DNA of 64,000 nt from Eledone cirrhosa (taxonomy: Eukaryota). Of the stretch, positions 14,128-30,524 are shown in pieces. The notes under the pieces were generated by a model, which was not told the origin of the DNA, searched no databases, and saw only the letters and a program-made list of their open reading frames with translations. Every line of letters starts with the position of its first letter. Position 1 is the stretch's first letter. A program made the translations under genes and the position numbers. The stretch covers positions 81,406,001 to 81,470,000 of the forward strand of contig OZ024746.1 of the NCBI GenBank assembly GCA_964016885.1. Reading direction: 5' to 3'.

Positions 14128-14450
14128 TGAAACTGCGTGGCTTAGTAGTTAGGGTAATTGGTTGGCTGTCGTAAGATCATGTTCAATTCACGGTGGTGCG
14201 TTTGGTCCTTGAGCAAGGCACTTTATTTCACGATGTTCCAGTTCGCTCAACGGGAAGAAATGAATTGTACATATAATTCAAAGAGTCAACCTTGACGAGC
14301 ACTGTGTCACGTTAAATATCCTTGGGAACTACGTAAAGGGTATACGTGTCTATGCAATGCTCAGCCACTTATACGTTAATATAATGAGCAAGTTGTCCTG
14401 TTAATTAAGCCACTGGAAACCTTATCGTAGAAACCGATCGAGGTCCATTC
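14128..14450 (+). mobile_element. S2 CORE-like SINE
   Basis: A/B-box-like head and GTCCTTGAGCAAGGCACTTTATTTCAC. Confidence 0.65.
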
Positions 14451-15147
14451 CATGTTGCTGATTAGCCACAAGTCGACACTCGCTCGGCTGTCACATAGAC
14501 AAAAGCTTTCAAATCATAGACAAAAGCTTTCAAATGTGCTAGAATAATGTACCCTGGTCTATTTTATACAATGTGTTCTAGTTTTTTAGACAGAGAAATA
14601 GCAGGGGGGGGGGGGGGGGCAGTGGTGCAGTTAGTGTATGTGCCGCTCGGGACAGCCATTGCGTTTACACCACTCCCCATATCTCAAATGTATATATAAC
14701 AGACACAAAAGTGCCCCCCACCACACACACACTAGCTACGTTACAGATGTGACCACTTAGGGAATCCTTCACTGGATCAGTATCTGTTTTATTATGAGGA
14801 AAGTCACTAGAATGTTTCGTATGCTAGTAATGATGATTTGACACCACCCTAAATCAGATTGGGAATATATAAAATAAAAATAGGTGTGTGCTGCTCTGTC
14901 ATCAAATTAGGTAGAAACTGGCGTCATTGTTGCTGTCATGTAACTCAAGATTATAGTTAATCGAGGAGAACTATGACAAGTAGTAGGTAGATGACCGAAT
15001 TAGTTGCCTTGAATTTGGGGATCAACTTGAACAGATACTTATAACAGTGTCCTTTTGCCAATGTTAGAAAGAAAGTATTAACTAGATTTTGACGTTCAAA
15101 TAAAACATTTATTTTCATTCGTTTTAGGGTATAAAAGTGTGCAGTAA

Positions 15148-15329
15148 TAGACTTGCCAAACTCTAAAAACTCAAATGGGGAGTACCATGAAAAAACGCGC
15201 CCCAAAACGGGGAGAAATGAGGCAAAATGGGAAGATTTTACACAATGAAAGCTATACCCATTTTCACAAGAGAAGACATCTCTCACCCACCCCAAAGTGG
15301 GTGGGAGATCTCCCGTGTTGACAGGTTTG
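15148..15329. mobile_element. MITE family M1 copy 1
   Basis: TIR-like TAGACTTGCCAA/TTGACAGGTTTG, 6-bp TSD (c/t)AGTAA, homologous to 16402-16558. Confidence 0.6.
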
Positions 15330-15559
15330 TAGTAATTTTTCAATTTTCATTCTGTTCAACCAATTCCTTTTTATTTTTAAAATAGCATTTACTTTTAATA
15401 TTTGATTCGCAGTTTATTGTTAAATATTAAATATTATTAGATGGCTACGTTTGTTATTATAATTTTTTAATGAATTAATAACTTAAAACCTTTTATGAAT
15501 TTGAAATAATGGTAATAAGAACAAAACATGTTAGATGCAAATATTTTGAACGGTACAAT

Positions 15560-16370
15560 AAAATTGAGTTTATTTAGATGGGCTGGGTGTTCTAATGATG
15601 TGTGAATTGTTTTTTTAAATTTTCGGAAGTGATTCTATGAAATCAGCTTATACTCAAACTGTATCTGGAAATGTGCCACTCCGACATGTTGAAAAAAAAT
15701 TATTTTCAGCGGCAGTTGTTATCTCTGAAGCGCCAACGTATCGACTAAAATAGAACTTTTTATGAAAGGACAAACAATATCGTGCCTGCTTCCTGTATTG
15801 TTGCATATAAAACTGCATAAAACCAAGAAACCTCATTCAACTGTAGAACAATCTGTTCTGCCGCCTTGTGTCTTGTTTTTGAGGAAAACAGGAAATATGA
15901 TATATCTGCCTCCGACAACATGATAGCGAATTATAACCGAGATATCAAAATATATATTTAACCAAGTCATGAATGAAATAAAGAAGACTCCAATGTCTGT
16001 TTTACATTTGGGTGAAACGATTGATGTCCCACTGCTTTCTCAATCATTGCTGCTTGAATGATACATAATTGGCGGAGATTTAAAAGACTAATTTTTACTT
16101 TATGAGAATATAGAATATACAATAAAAGCTCATAATGTTTTGGAAGTTGTTAATTTCTTTAAAACGAATGGTTTAAAATGGAAATATCTTGGTGTTACGC
16201 CTGGAGGGATTTGTCATATTGGGTTCAAAATCTGGTTTCTAAAAATTTGTGAAAGGGCGTACCTTAATGCTAACCGGAGTTACTTGCTTTATTCACAATG
16301 AAACGTTGGCATAAAAAAGAAAGAAAATTATCTGCAATTATTCCAACATGTTTGCCAGATGATAGATTCG
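15560..16370 (+). mobile_element. hAT-Charlie (ZBED5/8-like) transposase fossil
   Basis: TKKPHSTVEQSVLP and NQVMNEIKKTPMSVLHLGETIDV...SQ...KD*FL...FFKTNGLKW motifs. Confidence 0.7.
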
Positions 16371-16401
16371 GATTTTGATGTGTTGCTATTTCACACTTCT
16401 G

Positions 16402-16558
16402 CAGAACTGCCAGCCTCTAAAAACCCAAACAGGGAATACCATGAAAAAAAGTACCCCAAAGTGGGGAGAAATGAGGCAATTTGAGAAAATGTTATGTCTC
16501 ACCTACCCCAAAGTGGGTTGGAGATCTCCCCATCCGACGGGGAGTGTTGACAGGTCTG
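16402..16558. mobile_element. MITE family M1 copy 2
   Basis: CAGAACTGCCA/TGACAGGTCTG termini, 6-bp TSD CTTCT(g/t). Confidence 0.6.
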
Positions 16559-16871
16559 CTTCTTTTCGATGGTTAGCAGCAGGAAAAGTAGTCATTCGAA
16601 TTTTGAAAGGGGAATTATTTGGATAGAGAGTATTCTTAGGTATTGGGCACACGGGTACACTGGTTTACACCTGACTCTCACTTTTGAAATAGTCTAATAA
16701 CAGGGCATATGATCTCCCATAATGGAAAATGTGAGCATTTTCCCGGTAGTGGGGTACATATTTGCCCTCATTTTAGTCAAAATACGGTGAAAGCTTCTAA
16801 TTTAATTTTGAAATTTTCAATCACTGTCGTATTCGAAACGCACGTGATTATATATATATATCATTTTAGAC

Positions 16872-17300
16872 CAGAATTTCTCAAAGGGGGCGCTACCACC
16901 CCCTTTGAGAAATTCTGGTCTAATTCTGGGCGTTGAGAATGTCTAGGGGCGCTGGGGCCCGTAGAGATGATATGATAGAATACTAAATATCAAATGATAC
17001 ATATCATATATAAATATAGTAAAATAAAAAAATATATAATATTTATTTATACAAAGTATATATTATGTTATTTATTATATAAATAAAGTACCAGTAATGT
17101 ACTGGGATAATTGCTGGCCTTGGGCCAAAAGTAGAGACAATTATTTATTATATATAAATTAACAATTTTATTTATTATTTATTTTTTACAATTTGCGAGT
17201 AGGTAAGTCTCTCTGAAAATAGGGTTGGGGAGGGGGAGGCTGAAAGTATTAAGTGGCCATGGGGGAGGGTGGTGGCCCCAAAAAAGTTTAAGAACCTCTG
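16872..17300. mobile_element. hAT-Charlie-type MITE M2 copy 1
   Basis: 8-bp TSD TTTTAGAC (16864-16871, 17301-17308); TIR CAGAATTTCTCAAA/TTTAAGAACCTCTG; S1 fragment inside at ~17083-17147. Confidence 0.8.
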
Positions 17301-17474
17301 TTTTAGACAATGTTTCAACGTCTACATATGTTATCTTTATGTTCTCATCTCGCAACCCGCCTTTCTTTCCAAAATCACCGTACCACTACTTAGACAAACT
17401 TTTGCTGCGATCATCATTATCAACACACTCACTACTACATCTCTTCATTGTTTCACTATCATGAACATGGACAT

Positions 17475-17500
17475 GATGATGATGATGACCATGACGGTGA

Positions 17501-17560
<60 letters not shown>

Positions 17561-17565
17561 CGTCG

Positions 17566-17629
<64 letters not shown>

Positions 17630-17652
17630 TGTCCTCGTCGTCGTCGTCGTCT
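17475..17652. repeat. (ATC)n/(GTC)n microsatellite
   Basis: direct reading. Confidence 0.95.
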
Positions 17653-18547
17653 GGGATCGTTGTCATCTCCGTCTTCGTCATTATTGTTGTTGTCACCGTG
17701 TGCTGACTGATCATCAACAATCGTAGACCACCCCATGCACTCAAGTGATTAGTGACTGTTTCTTCCATTAGCCGGATGGTATTTCAAGGAGTGTTGCAAA
17801 GACCTAGTAAATGTATGCATACACAGAGAGAGAAACAAGCGCGCATGCATATATATGCACACACTCACATACACGCACACACTCATATGTACATATATAT
17901 ATATATACTACATGGAACTCTCTTCCAATCCCCCTCTCTATATCAATTAGCACCAAACTCTCCCCCTCTCCATAACAACTATACGGAACTCTCTCCCAAT
18001 ACCCTCTCTATATCTATCAACACCAAACTCTCCCTCTCTCTCTAAATCTAATATACAACACTCTCTGCCAACCCCCTCACTATAACAATTACCACCAAAC
18101 TATCCTTTTGAATATATCTATCATACAACATTCTCTCTCATTTCCTCTCACACTATCCATCACAACCAAACTCTCCCCCTCTCTATATCTATCAATACCT
18201 AATACGGTTTCATTGCTGTTAAGCGACTGTGAGTAAAATACTTCTCCCTCCCCTGGACAAGACGCCAGTCTATTGCTGGCTCAAATCTGATCAAAATGTG
18301 TCCTTTCTTTTTTTGTTATTACGAGGGCGCGTGATTGGAAGGGCATTTCACTGCTATTTCTAACTGGTGTATTTACCACGTACAGGCTCTCACATTGGAT
18401 CCTATCGCCGGACAGCATTTGATTCGATACACTAGATATTTTTCTCACACCACAACTTTCAGTACCAATAATTAAAGCCAGCTCCTGAATATTTAGAAAG
18501 TTTAGTTTCGATGGGGATCTATCTATCTTGTGCCAAATGTAGAAACA

Positions 18548-18591
<44 letters not shown>

Positions 18592-18767
18592 ATACGTGTG
18601 TGTGTGTGTGTATATACGTAAGTGTGTGTGTGCATGTGTGCACGTGTGAGTGTTGAACGTAAACGCCAAGTAATTCTTTCAGTCAAGATCGACATCGAAA
18701 CTAAACTTTCGTTATTTAGTGGAAACACTCACACACATACACATACGCGCATGCACACACACACACA

Positions 18768-18844
<77 letters not shown>

Positions 18845-19020
18845 ACACACATACACACATACACACACACACACACCATCGTTTATATAATCCAACTGCA
18901 TTGTTTACAGGTTTAATAAGGGACCAATAGAAAACTTTTTAATTGCAAGCGAAGAAAAGCAAAGATAGATCGCATGACAGACACACACTCACTCACACAT
19001 ATTATAGTAATTAGATTGAT

Positions 19021-19070
<50 letters not shown>

Positions 19071-19072
<2 letters not shown>

Positions 19073-19840
19073 CGGAAAAAATGAAACGAAATTTCATTTC
19101 TCACTGTTAGTACGGCTGTTACTTAAATATAAGTATGTATACGTACATACATATGTGTATACAGACGTACAGTAGTATGTATATATACATACATGCACAC
19201 ATATATATACGTACGTATGGATTTACCGAACATTTATTATAATGCTCGGTGTGTTTGTAAACAAACATCCCGAATTAAGCCGTATAGTGTTTAGCAGCCA
19301 TCGTTGCTCTTTTGTTCAACACTGACAAAGGAACGATGTACTAGTTTCAAGCTTGTTAGCTATCGTCACCACCGTATACCTTCCTGGCAGATGATTGAAC
19401 GTCTGAAAGTATATACTTTCCTTATGCATATTAACGGCTGAGCAGCCTAATTTGCATATCGAGTGAGTTAATCGGCCGGGCGCACCGAAAACGATAAACG
19501 GAAAAAATGAAACGAAATTTCATTTCTCACTCTTGGTATATCGTTTTCGGTGCGCCCGGCCGATTAACTCACTCGATATGCAAATTAGGCTGCTCAGCCG
19601 TTAATATGCATAAGGAAAGTATATACTTTCAGACGTTCAATCATCTGCCAGGAAGGTATACGGTGCTGAAGATAGCTAATAAGCTTGAAACTAGCACATC
19701 GTCCTTTGTCAGTGTTGAACAAAAGAGCAACGATGGCTGCTAAACACTATACGGCTTAATTCGGGATGTTTGTTTACAAACACACCGAGCATTATAATAA
19801 ATGTTCGGTAAATCCATACGTACATATATATGTGTGCATG

Positions 19841-19878
<38 letters not shown>

Positions 19879-19915
19879 CTACTGTACGTCTGTATACATA
19901 TATGTATGTCATACT

Positions 19916-19918
<3 letters not shown>
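19071..19918. mobile_element. Family F large foldback element with a hammerhead in each arm
   Basis: arms ~19128-19496 / 19539-19918; HHR plus 19661-19701, minus 19334-19374; 35-bp terminus 19071-19105 copied into the spacer at 19497-19531; (TA)n flanks. Confidence 0.85.
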
Positions 19919-19950
<32 letters not shown>

Positions 19951-19953
19951 AAT

Positions 19954-20005
19954 GGCTTCTGCAGGACTAGAACTGTTTCATTGGAAGGTAATCATCAGGG
20001 AAGCC
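19954..20005 (-). ncRNA. Family B-related hammerhead, decayed
   Basis: GGCTTCc-CTGATGA...GAAA-CAG ttctagtc CTG-CA-GAAGCC; triplet mutated to GCA, weak stem II. Confidence 0.5.
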
Positions 20006-20138
20006 GACTGTCAATGTGATATGGTGGTATTTATACATTTTCTGTTGGTAGGAGAATGTGGTGATTGGGATGGGTGGAGGTCATTGGCTGATGGATTTAA
20101 AGAATGGGGATTCTTTGAAAAAACTACATATATATATA

Positions 20139-20187
<49 letters not shown>

Positions 20188-20192
20188 CTATA

Positions 20193-20313
<121 letters not shown>

Positions 20314-20488
20314 GGGCGTGAAGGAAGGAGAGATTGTTCGGCTGACGCTTTAAACAAGTCTATTTTGTTATTACAACACAATTCGTCTGTTCTTCAGAAC
20401 TTTCATTCTCCGTCTTCGCCGCTCAATGGTTATTTATCCTCTCTATGTACAACGCTCCAACCCGACTCTCTTCTCGGCTATCCCTATT

Positions 20489-20557
<69 letters not shown>

Positions 20558-22574
20558 TGTGTGTGTCGGTCTGTAAACTTTCATACAAAACGTCCATACA
20601 TAGTTTTTCTTCTGCAACACTGCTTTGCTTTGGATTCATTGCACGGCTTACTTTCCCTTCTAAAGTTTATCCGACAGACCGCAGCAAATGAACGATTTGG
20701 ACCCTGTCGTTCTTCTCTCTCTTTATCTCTCTCACTCCCCCCTCCCCCTTTCTCTCTCTCTTCAATCACGAAACAACATCCTACCTTTCATTTATTATGA
20801 AAAGCTCCCAATTTAAAAAAAGATCCCTTTTATCGTATTTATTAAGATCCATCACCTCTAGTTATTGTTGTTTAGCTTCAAGTTAAATTTGATCCAGCTA
20901 ACCTAGGATCAAAGGCATTACTACCATAGCCATTCCTTCTTTTTCAGGGTGGCCTAGAATTACATTTACCAATGTGTCCTTTTGTTACTTTAAACGGTCA
21001 AGTATATCATTTGAGGGTATTTGGCTACTATTTCTAGCATGTTAACTGACTTCATAATGCTCCCTTGTTGGCTCGACCACCTCCAGTTGTTTTTTAACTC
21101 AAAGTCAGCTCAATATATACCCATCGCCTCTCCCCCGCTGAGTCTTTCATTGTACCTCATACTGACAGACGATCACTGGCGACTTCATTGGCAAATACTA
21201 CGTGCTGCTCATGGCCATTTCGTAGGAGAATACAAAGGTTGTTTCTCGTTGGTTTCTTTCATCTTTTGTTGTTGTTATTATTGTTTAGAGGGCATTATCT
21301 TGTTGGCTACAGCCAATTATGGTGATATTAATCCAGAGAGGGGGGGGGGGGGAGAAAAAGAAAGAAAGAAAGAAAGTAAGAAAGAAAACGAATCGACTCC
21401 AATACTTGACTGCTGTTTTGTCTATCGACTCCAAAGTTGAACACGGAGTTCAAAGAGAGGAAAGCAAATATCGCAAAGCATTTTACCCAATGCTCTCAGT
21501 TGTCATACCTCATTTGGTTTCTGACTGTTTTCAGCACTGTATTCGGAAGAACACAAACTGACCAGACTTAAGCTATTCTATAGACTTATCAGACTTAAGC
21601 TACTCCATAGGCATCAAAACTTCAATTGTAATTGTAACTCTCCCATGGGTATGAAGGTGTTATTAAAATAGAAGCGTGTATGGCAACAAAACACCTAATG
21701 TTAAGCTGGTAGAAATTATTGACAAAGACGAGTTTGACTGACAAAGTCTACTTTAGAAAATCTTTTATGGTTCGATTTTAATTGATTTATTACTGGGTTA
21801 ACTGTAAGTTTTAATGCGGTTAAACAGTAGTCTGAATGTTTTAATTTCTTGTGAATATATCCACAATGACCAAAAATGGTTTAGAAAGGAAAACAAAAAC
21901 GGAAGGGCTGGCTCACCAATACCCGGCTGACCTTAACGATAAAATTTTGTAATTTACTGTAAGTACATGAAACAGATTTTGGAAAATCAGAACTGAAGCC
22001 TTTATAATTTACAAATTTATGAATTGCTTTAAAACTATGTAAGATATTTTTAAATGTTTGAATTAGTTTTAGAGTAGGGTTAACAATTATTGCTACAGTA
22101 AAATTAGCATAAAGATATCAAAACTCAAACATATCAAAAACCTTTTAAGGTGCACCATGTCTCGAAACCGACATTTTAACTTAGTAAGGTTTAGGTTGAA
22201 TCAAACCTTACCAAATGGATTTTGATATTGCAAAAGTAAAAATGAATTTTACAGATAAAAATACATATTATTCATTAGACTTATCACTGCTATATATAAA
22301 GTATATTGTTATCTGGTCATTCCGGTACAAGTATTTACGTACTCTTTCTTGTGGTCTCATTCAATTAAGTTAAGTTATACTTTCAAACACCAGAATTTGT
22401 TCATTTTTGTTATAATTTATCATAATCATATATTTCTACAAAGAAGGTAAAGACCACAAATTCAAAACTTCCTATTAAGTAGAATCTCAACTTGAGGAAT
22501 GCGTATGTTACACCTTGCAAAATTTCTCTATCATCATACAACTTTTAAGGTTTCATAAGCAGAGTCTGAGGTCG

Positions 22575-22649
<75 letters not shown>

Positions 22650-23218
22650 TCAGATCTGGAGAGAGAATGGGCTCCGCCAGATTTTGAAATATTTCCAAAA
22701 CACACTGTAAATCTCATCGGCGCCCCTACAACTCAATCAGAAGTTATGGTTCCATACATACAGTTAGCTACAACACTGAGTTTGAGTCCTAATGAGCTCG
22801 ATTAAGCCATTCATTTTTCTGGAGTCAATGAAATGAGTATCTTTCAAGTACTAGGTAATGGGCGGTAAAGTTGACTGTTCGTTCACATCTAAACTATAGC
22901 CTTGGTCTTCCATTAGGAATTATATTATCGTAGTTACGCCTCAATCATCTACAGGTGGTGGATCAGACGACATTATGTTTATTAGGAAAATGTTCGACCA
23001 TTTGTCTTTGTTACCTTACTTACCGACCTATCGACCTACCGCCCTACCGATCACAAGATAACACCTGATAACACCTGCACGTTAACAGAATCATTGGGCG
23101 AGAAATGTATTGTATATCTCTAACAACTGTAAGGCCAAAATTAGAGATCAGGTAGTTACGTATACATGACTACGTTCACAAACACTTACACGCACGCACA
23201 TATATGACCATCTCTCTC

Positions 23219-23269
<51 letters not shown>

Positions 23270-23283
23270 GTGTCTATATACAC

Positions 23284-23316
<33 letters not shown>

Positions 23317-23422
23317 CGCGTGTGTGTATGTATGTATGTATATGCGATAGACATGTATATATATATATATATATATGTATATATGTGTGTGTGTGTATGT
23401 ATGTATATGCGATATACATGTG

Positions 23423-23474
<52 letters not shown>

Positions 23475-23592
23475 CTCTGTAGACATCGAACAGTAGGTCA
23501 CGTGGCTGATTATTCCATAGACACTGAAACATTTCACGTTATCGGTCCAAGGTCATTGTGAAAAACAAATTTGTGTATGCGTGAATGTGTGC

Positions 23593-23698
<106 letters not shown>

Positions 23699-23733
23699 AT
23701 ATATATATATATGTATATATATATGTATATATG

Positions 23734-23804
<71 letters not shown>

Positions 23805-23868
23805 ATGTATATATATATATACATACATATATATATATATATACATACACATACATATACATATATAT

Positions 23869-24480
23869 ATGGTGGCTGCCAACTCGTTTTCGAGTACGGC
23901 CGCTACTTTATATCCATGTAGGAGAACCCCTACCGATGCGCTGAACGAGTGTGACTTTTTAGTCCAGCCACCGACTTGAAAACTCTGGTACAAACACTAC
24001 ACTTGTGACAATTATTGACACATAGTGCTGGGCCCATGGTACCATGTGACGACAAGTACAGAGAGATCTCCAGATATAAAGCAATGCATGTGCCGTGAAG
24101 CTTTTATAGTGAGCAAAGGCACTGCACAAAGCCAGTCCCACTCTCTTAACCAAGATGATATTTACCAAAATGAAGAACAAGTCAACATCATTGGATACCA
24201 TCAAGGTTGCAGGTGTTATATCAGAGTTTTCCTTCTCCTAGAATTCTGCCTTGACAAAGGCTAAGGGGCCATCACTCCCGGTGATTTTGGATGGCCATTG
24301 ACTCTTAAGAGCTCCTTTGCCCTTTGACAGGTTTTGTTTTTAGTCCTGCATGATGTCCAAAGTCACCCTCCTCACCAAGAAACCTTGGTGGGGTTGCCAG
24401 TTTAGTCGCCAACGACCTGACCATGGGACAGGTTGTACTGGGATACATGTCACCAGTAGCACCAACTGGTGACCTGACAT
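23869..24480 (-). mobile_element. Non-coding RTE-derived (5'UTR + 3' end) element family R, apparently full length
   Basis: homologous to 30284, 42929 and 40108; 3' end GAGTTGGCAGCCACCAT resembles RTE 3' end at 35790-35818. Confidence 0.6.
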
Positions 24481-24507
24481 ATATATATATATGTATATAT
24501 ATATATG

Positions 24508-24556
<49 letters not shown>

Positions 24557-24562
24557 TGTATA

Positions 24563-24593
<31 letters not shown>

Positions 24594-24643
24594 TGTATAT
24601 GTATATATACATATATATATACTGTATATGTATATATATACTG

Positions 24644-24680
<37 letters not shown>

Positions 24681-24682
24681 TA

Positions 24683-24743
<61 letters not shown>

Positions 24744-24751
24744 TGTATATG

Positions 24752-24783
<32 letters not shown>

Positions 24784-24798
24784 AATATATATATATAT

Positions 24799-24833
<35 letters not shown>

Positions 24834-24840
<7 letters not shown>

Positions 24841-25192
24841 ATACTTGGGGAGGGTCATACTGTTGTAATAATATTGCCAGAATTAATAACAGAACACACT
24901 CACTGTTTGGTTGGTTTTCGCTTCTGTATCTTTTATATCAGTTAATTTATTCGGTCCTCAATGTTTACCATTGACTGACCAACGGTCAAAAATACAGATA
25001 TAATATAGACACAAACACATATATTTAGTCTAACAAAGTTCTTTCGTTGCACATCTACAACATCGTCAGTGGTACTATTATGTTTCCTCCTGCTGTATTG
25101 TATGTCTACGCCATCTTATTAATTCTGGCAATATTATTACAACAATATGGCCCTCCCCAAGTTTAACAATATTTGTTTCGACACACGAGTTT
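24834..25192 (-). mobile_element. Family G1 hammerhead element with terminal inversion
   Basis: IR 24834-24889 / 25116-25171; minus-strand CTGACGA-T-GTTGTA gatg TGCAAC-GAAA at 25031-25074 (stem I weak); homologous to 51904. Confidence 0.7.
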
Positions 25193-27734
<2,542 letters not shown>

Positions 27735-27925
27735 ACGAAGGAAGTGTGGTAAGGAACCAGGTGGACCATAACGCACCAGAGTACTCGATACTATGGGTGA
27801 TAGATTGGGTAATAGGAAAAGAGTCAGGACCCCGATGGCTGTGAGCTCCGGCCGTTTCGACAGCTATTCAGAAATAGCTGTTGAAACGGGCAAAGCTCAG
27901 TCGTCGGGGTTCTGACTTTTTCCTA
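27735..27925 (-). mobile_element. Family E foldback element
   Basis: reverse-complement homolog of 11900-12100. Confidence 0.8.
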
Positions 27926-27933
27926 TATATATA

Positions 27934-27971
<38 letters not shown>

Positions 27972-29339
27972 CAGATTTAAGTTTAGCGTCCAATCAGAAA
28001 TTCTAAACTTTTAAATTTTAATCTGTACAAATAATAAATATTTGCTCTACATGTTTATATATACTTTTATATATATACAATCCTTTGTATTTATTTTTAA
28101 CATATACATACAGGGTGTCCCCCAAAAATGTATACACACTATAATTAGAATGCTATTGAAGTGTCAATACATTTTTGTGGACACCCTTTACCCTCTTTTA
28201 CCTGTTCCCGCCATCCGACTGAGGCCATATATATATTTAGAGAGAGAGAATGAGAGAGAGAGAGAGGGGGTGGAGAGGGCGTGTAATGATGTGTTCAGCC
28301 TAGAGTGAAATGCAAAGCAGTAAAAAAACACTCAATACCATGGTGGAATAAAATGATATTTATTCAAATCTCAATCAGCGTTTTATGTTAACCGATACTC
28401 ACGTGACTGTATACATCATGGTCGAATAATTCAGACGTTCAATTCGCACTCATTAAGTCCCGAGTTCGATTCTACTGCGTAGTATCTTGGGTTAGTGTCA
28501 TGTACCATAGCTTCGAGCTAATCAAAGCCTGTGAGAGAAATTGGGTAGACGAAAACTGTTTGGAAGCCGCTGGATAAACTGCACCTATAATTCAAAGGGC
28601 GGGACTTATACACAGAGTCACATTGAATCTCTTTGAATAGTTTGTTAAGCGTACATCTGCATATGGAAGGCTCAGTCACCTACACGTTAATTTTACGAGC
28701 CACTGGAACAATTACTGTCGAAACCGACGGCGGTTTATTCCATATGTATGTGCGTGTGCGTGTATTCTTTTGCTGATTTGAATCATTAAATTGTGACAAT
28801 GCTCTCGAGGGATTTCGTTGATTATATCGATCTTAGTACCTTTTTTCAAGTTTGTCTAACCGCTATATTATTTTAACTGCAACCACAAGACATTTGTTGT
28901 TATGTTCTCTTCCAGGAAAGCATATTATTCAAAGTGAGAGTTACTTTGGTTATCTATTTTTCTCACAACATAGCGATGTTAAATTTTCTCATGATATGCA
29001 GAAAGCCTTTTGTCTAATGTTCTGTTGCACTATAGCTATGCACCTACTTTAGGTATGTGTTTCTGGTCATCAAACAGAGATTATTTTCTGGTGGGCGTTT
29101 TTTAAATTCTTGTGATGCTATTTACCTCATGTACGTAGAATTGATCGATGGACGCACTTCGATATTCGGTTATTGGTGGATGTAATCGAATTGATATAAT
29201 GCGACATTCCACGTTAAGTTTATGTATTCTTTTCTTTTTACACAAAAGCAGCCAATATCACTAATAGTTTACAAGTTGTTGTTGTTTTTTTTTGTTGGGG
29301 GGGGGGGGGTTGTTAATAATTTTCGTGATGTAACATTAT

Positions 29340-29710
29340 TGATCACGGGATTCCTCCGAAGGGTCTTTGGAGTAACGTTACTCGATAAAATTGTAGCTTG
29401 AAGATCAGTGAGTCACTCCAGCTTGAGCCGTTACTTCTTCGAATTGAGAGATCACGGCTCCGATACTATGGTCATGAGGTTAGAATATCTCAGGAAAGAA
29501 TCGCTGGACGGATTTTACGGGCAAACCCAACAGCTAGGAGACCCGGGGGTAGACATGATGGTTGGATAAAATCTATAAGCTTGGCTGGTCACGCTTGGGG
29601 ATCCAACCGGATCTTGGAGACGGTTGCTTCTGACAGGACCCACTGGAGGGAGTGTTTGAGGACTCTGCACCTACGACCCTCTCAGGAATAAATGGGCTAA
29701 GAAGAAGACC
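29340..29710 (+). mobile_element. RTE LINE 3' fragment
   Basis: ISESLQLEPLLLRIERSRLRYYGH...DRTHWRECL. Confidence 0.85.
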
Positions 29711-30251
29711 ACGATCCTATCTACTGGTACGGGAAACATATTCTGGGCCACTGATTTAATGTTTGCAGATAGCTTTGAGGACTATTTTTTCATTTAAGTT
29801 TCATATTCGTTAGTTTTGAATTCCTTGAAAAAGTCCTAGTATAAGATATATTTTCATCTACCCCGAAATACCTGGAGCGTTCTCATTAGATATTGGAGAA
29901 ATTGCCATACCATTGATGAAGACGTTGCTTTAATGCAATAGGTATTTCTATCAAGGAAAAAACAATCAATTCCAGCATTTAACTTAAGTACGATGGTCCA
30001 GAACGAAGCCTTATTGTATATGGCCCTGATAGCGGACTCTAGAACGTTAGTGTGTGTGTGTGAGTGTGTGTGCGCGCGCGTGTGCGTGTGCAGGTGTAGA
30101 TGTAATTGCATGTGTGGATATGTATGTTTTGAATTTTATGTGCACATATGCATATGTTTCTATATAAATACGTGCGTATATGCAGTTAGTGCATGCTTAA
30201 TTTCCGTAATGTATGTACGTATGTATGTATGTATGTATGTATGTATGTATG

Positions 30252-30282
<31 letters not shown>

Positions 30283-30283
30283 G

Positions 30284-30524
30284 CTATAAAAGCTTCACGG
30301 CACAGGCATTGCTTTATATCTGGAGATCTCTCTGCATTTGTCGTCACATGGTGCCATGGGCCCAGCACTATGTGTCAATAATTGTCACAAGTGTAGTGTT
30401 TGTACCAGAGTTTTCAAGTCGCTGGCTGGACTAAAAAGTCACACTCGTTCAGCGCATCGGTAGGGGTTCTCCTACATGGATATAAAGTAGTGGCCGTACT
30501 CGAAAACGAGTTGGCAGCCACCAT
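30284..30524 (+). mobile_element. Family R, 5'-truncated, in (TATG)n
   Basis: near-identical to 23869-24110 reverse complement. Confidence 0.75.

Noticed and set aside
23499-23540. CTGATTA...GAAACATTTC motif
   Set aside because: No stem II pairing and G8 absent.
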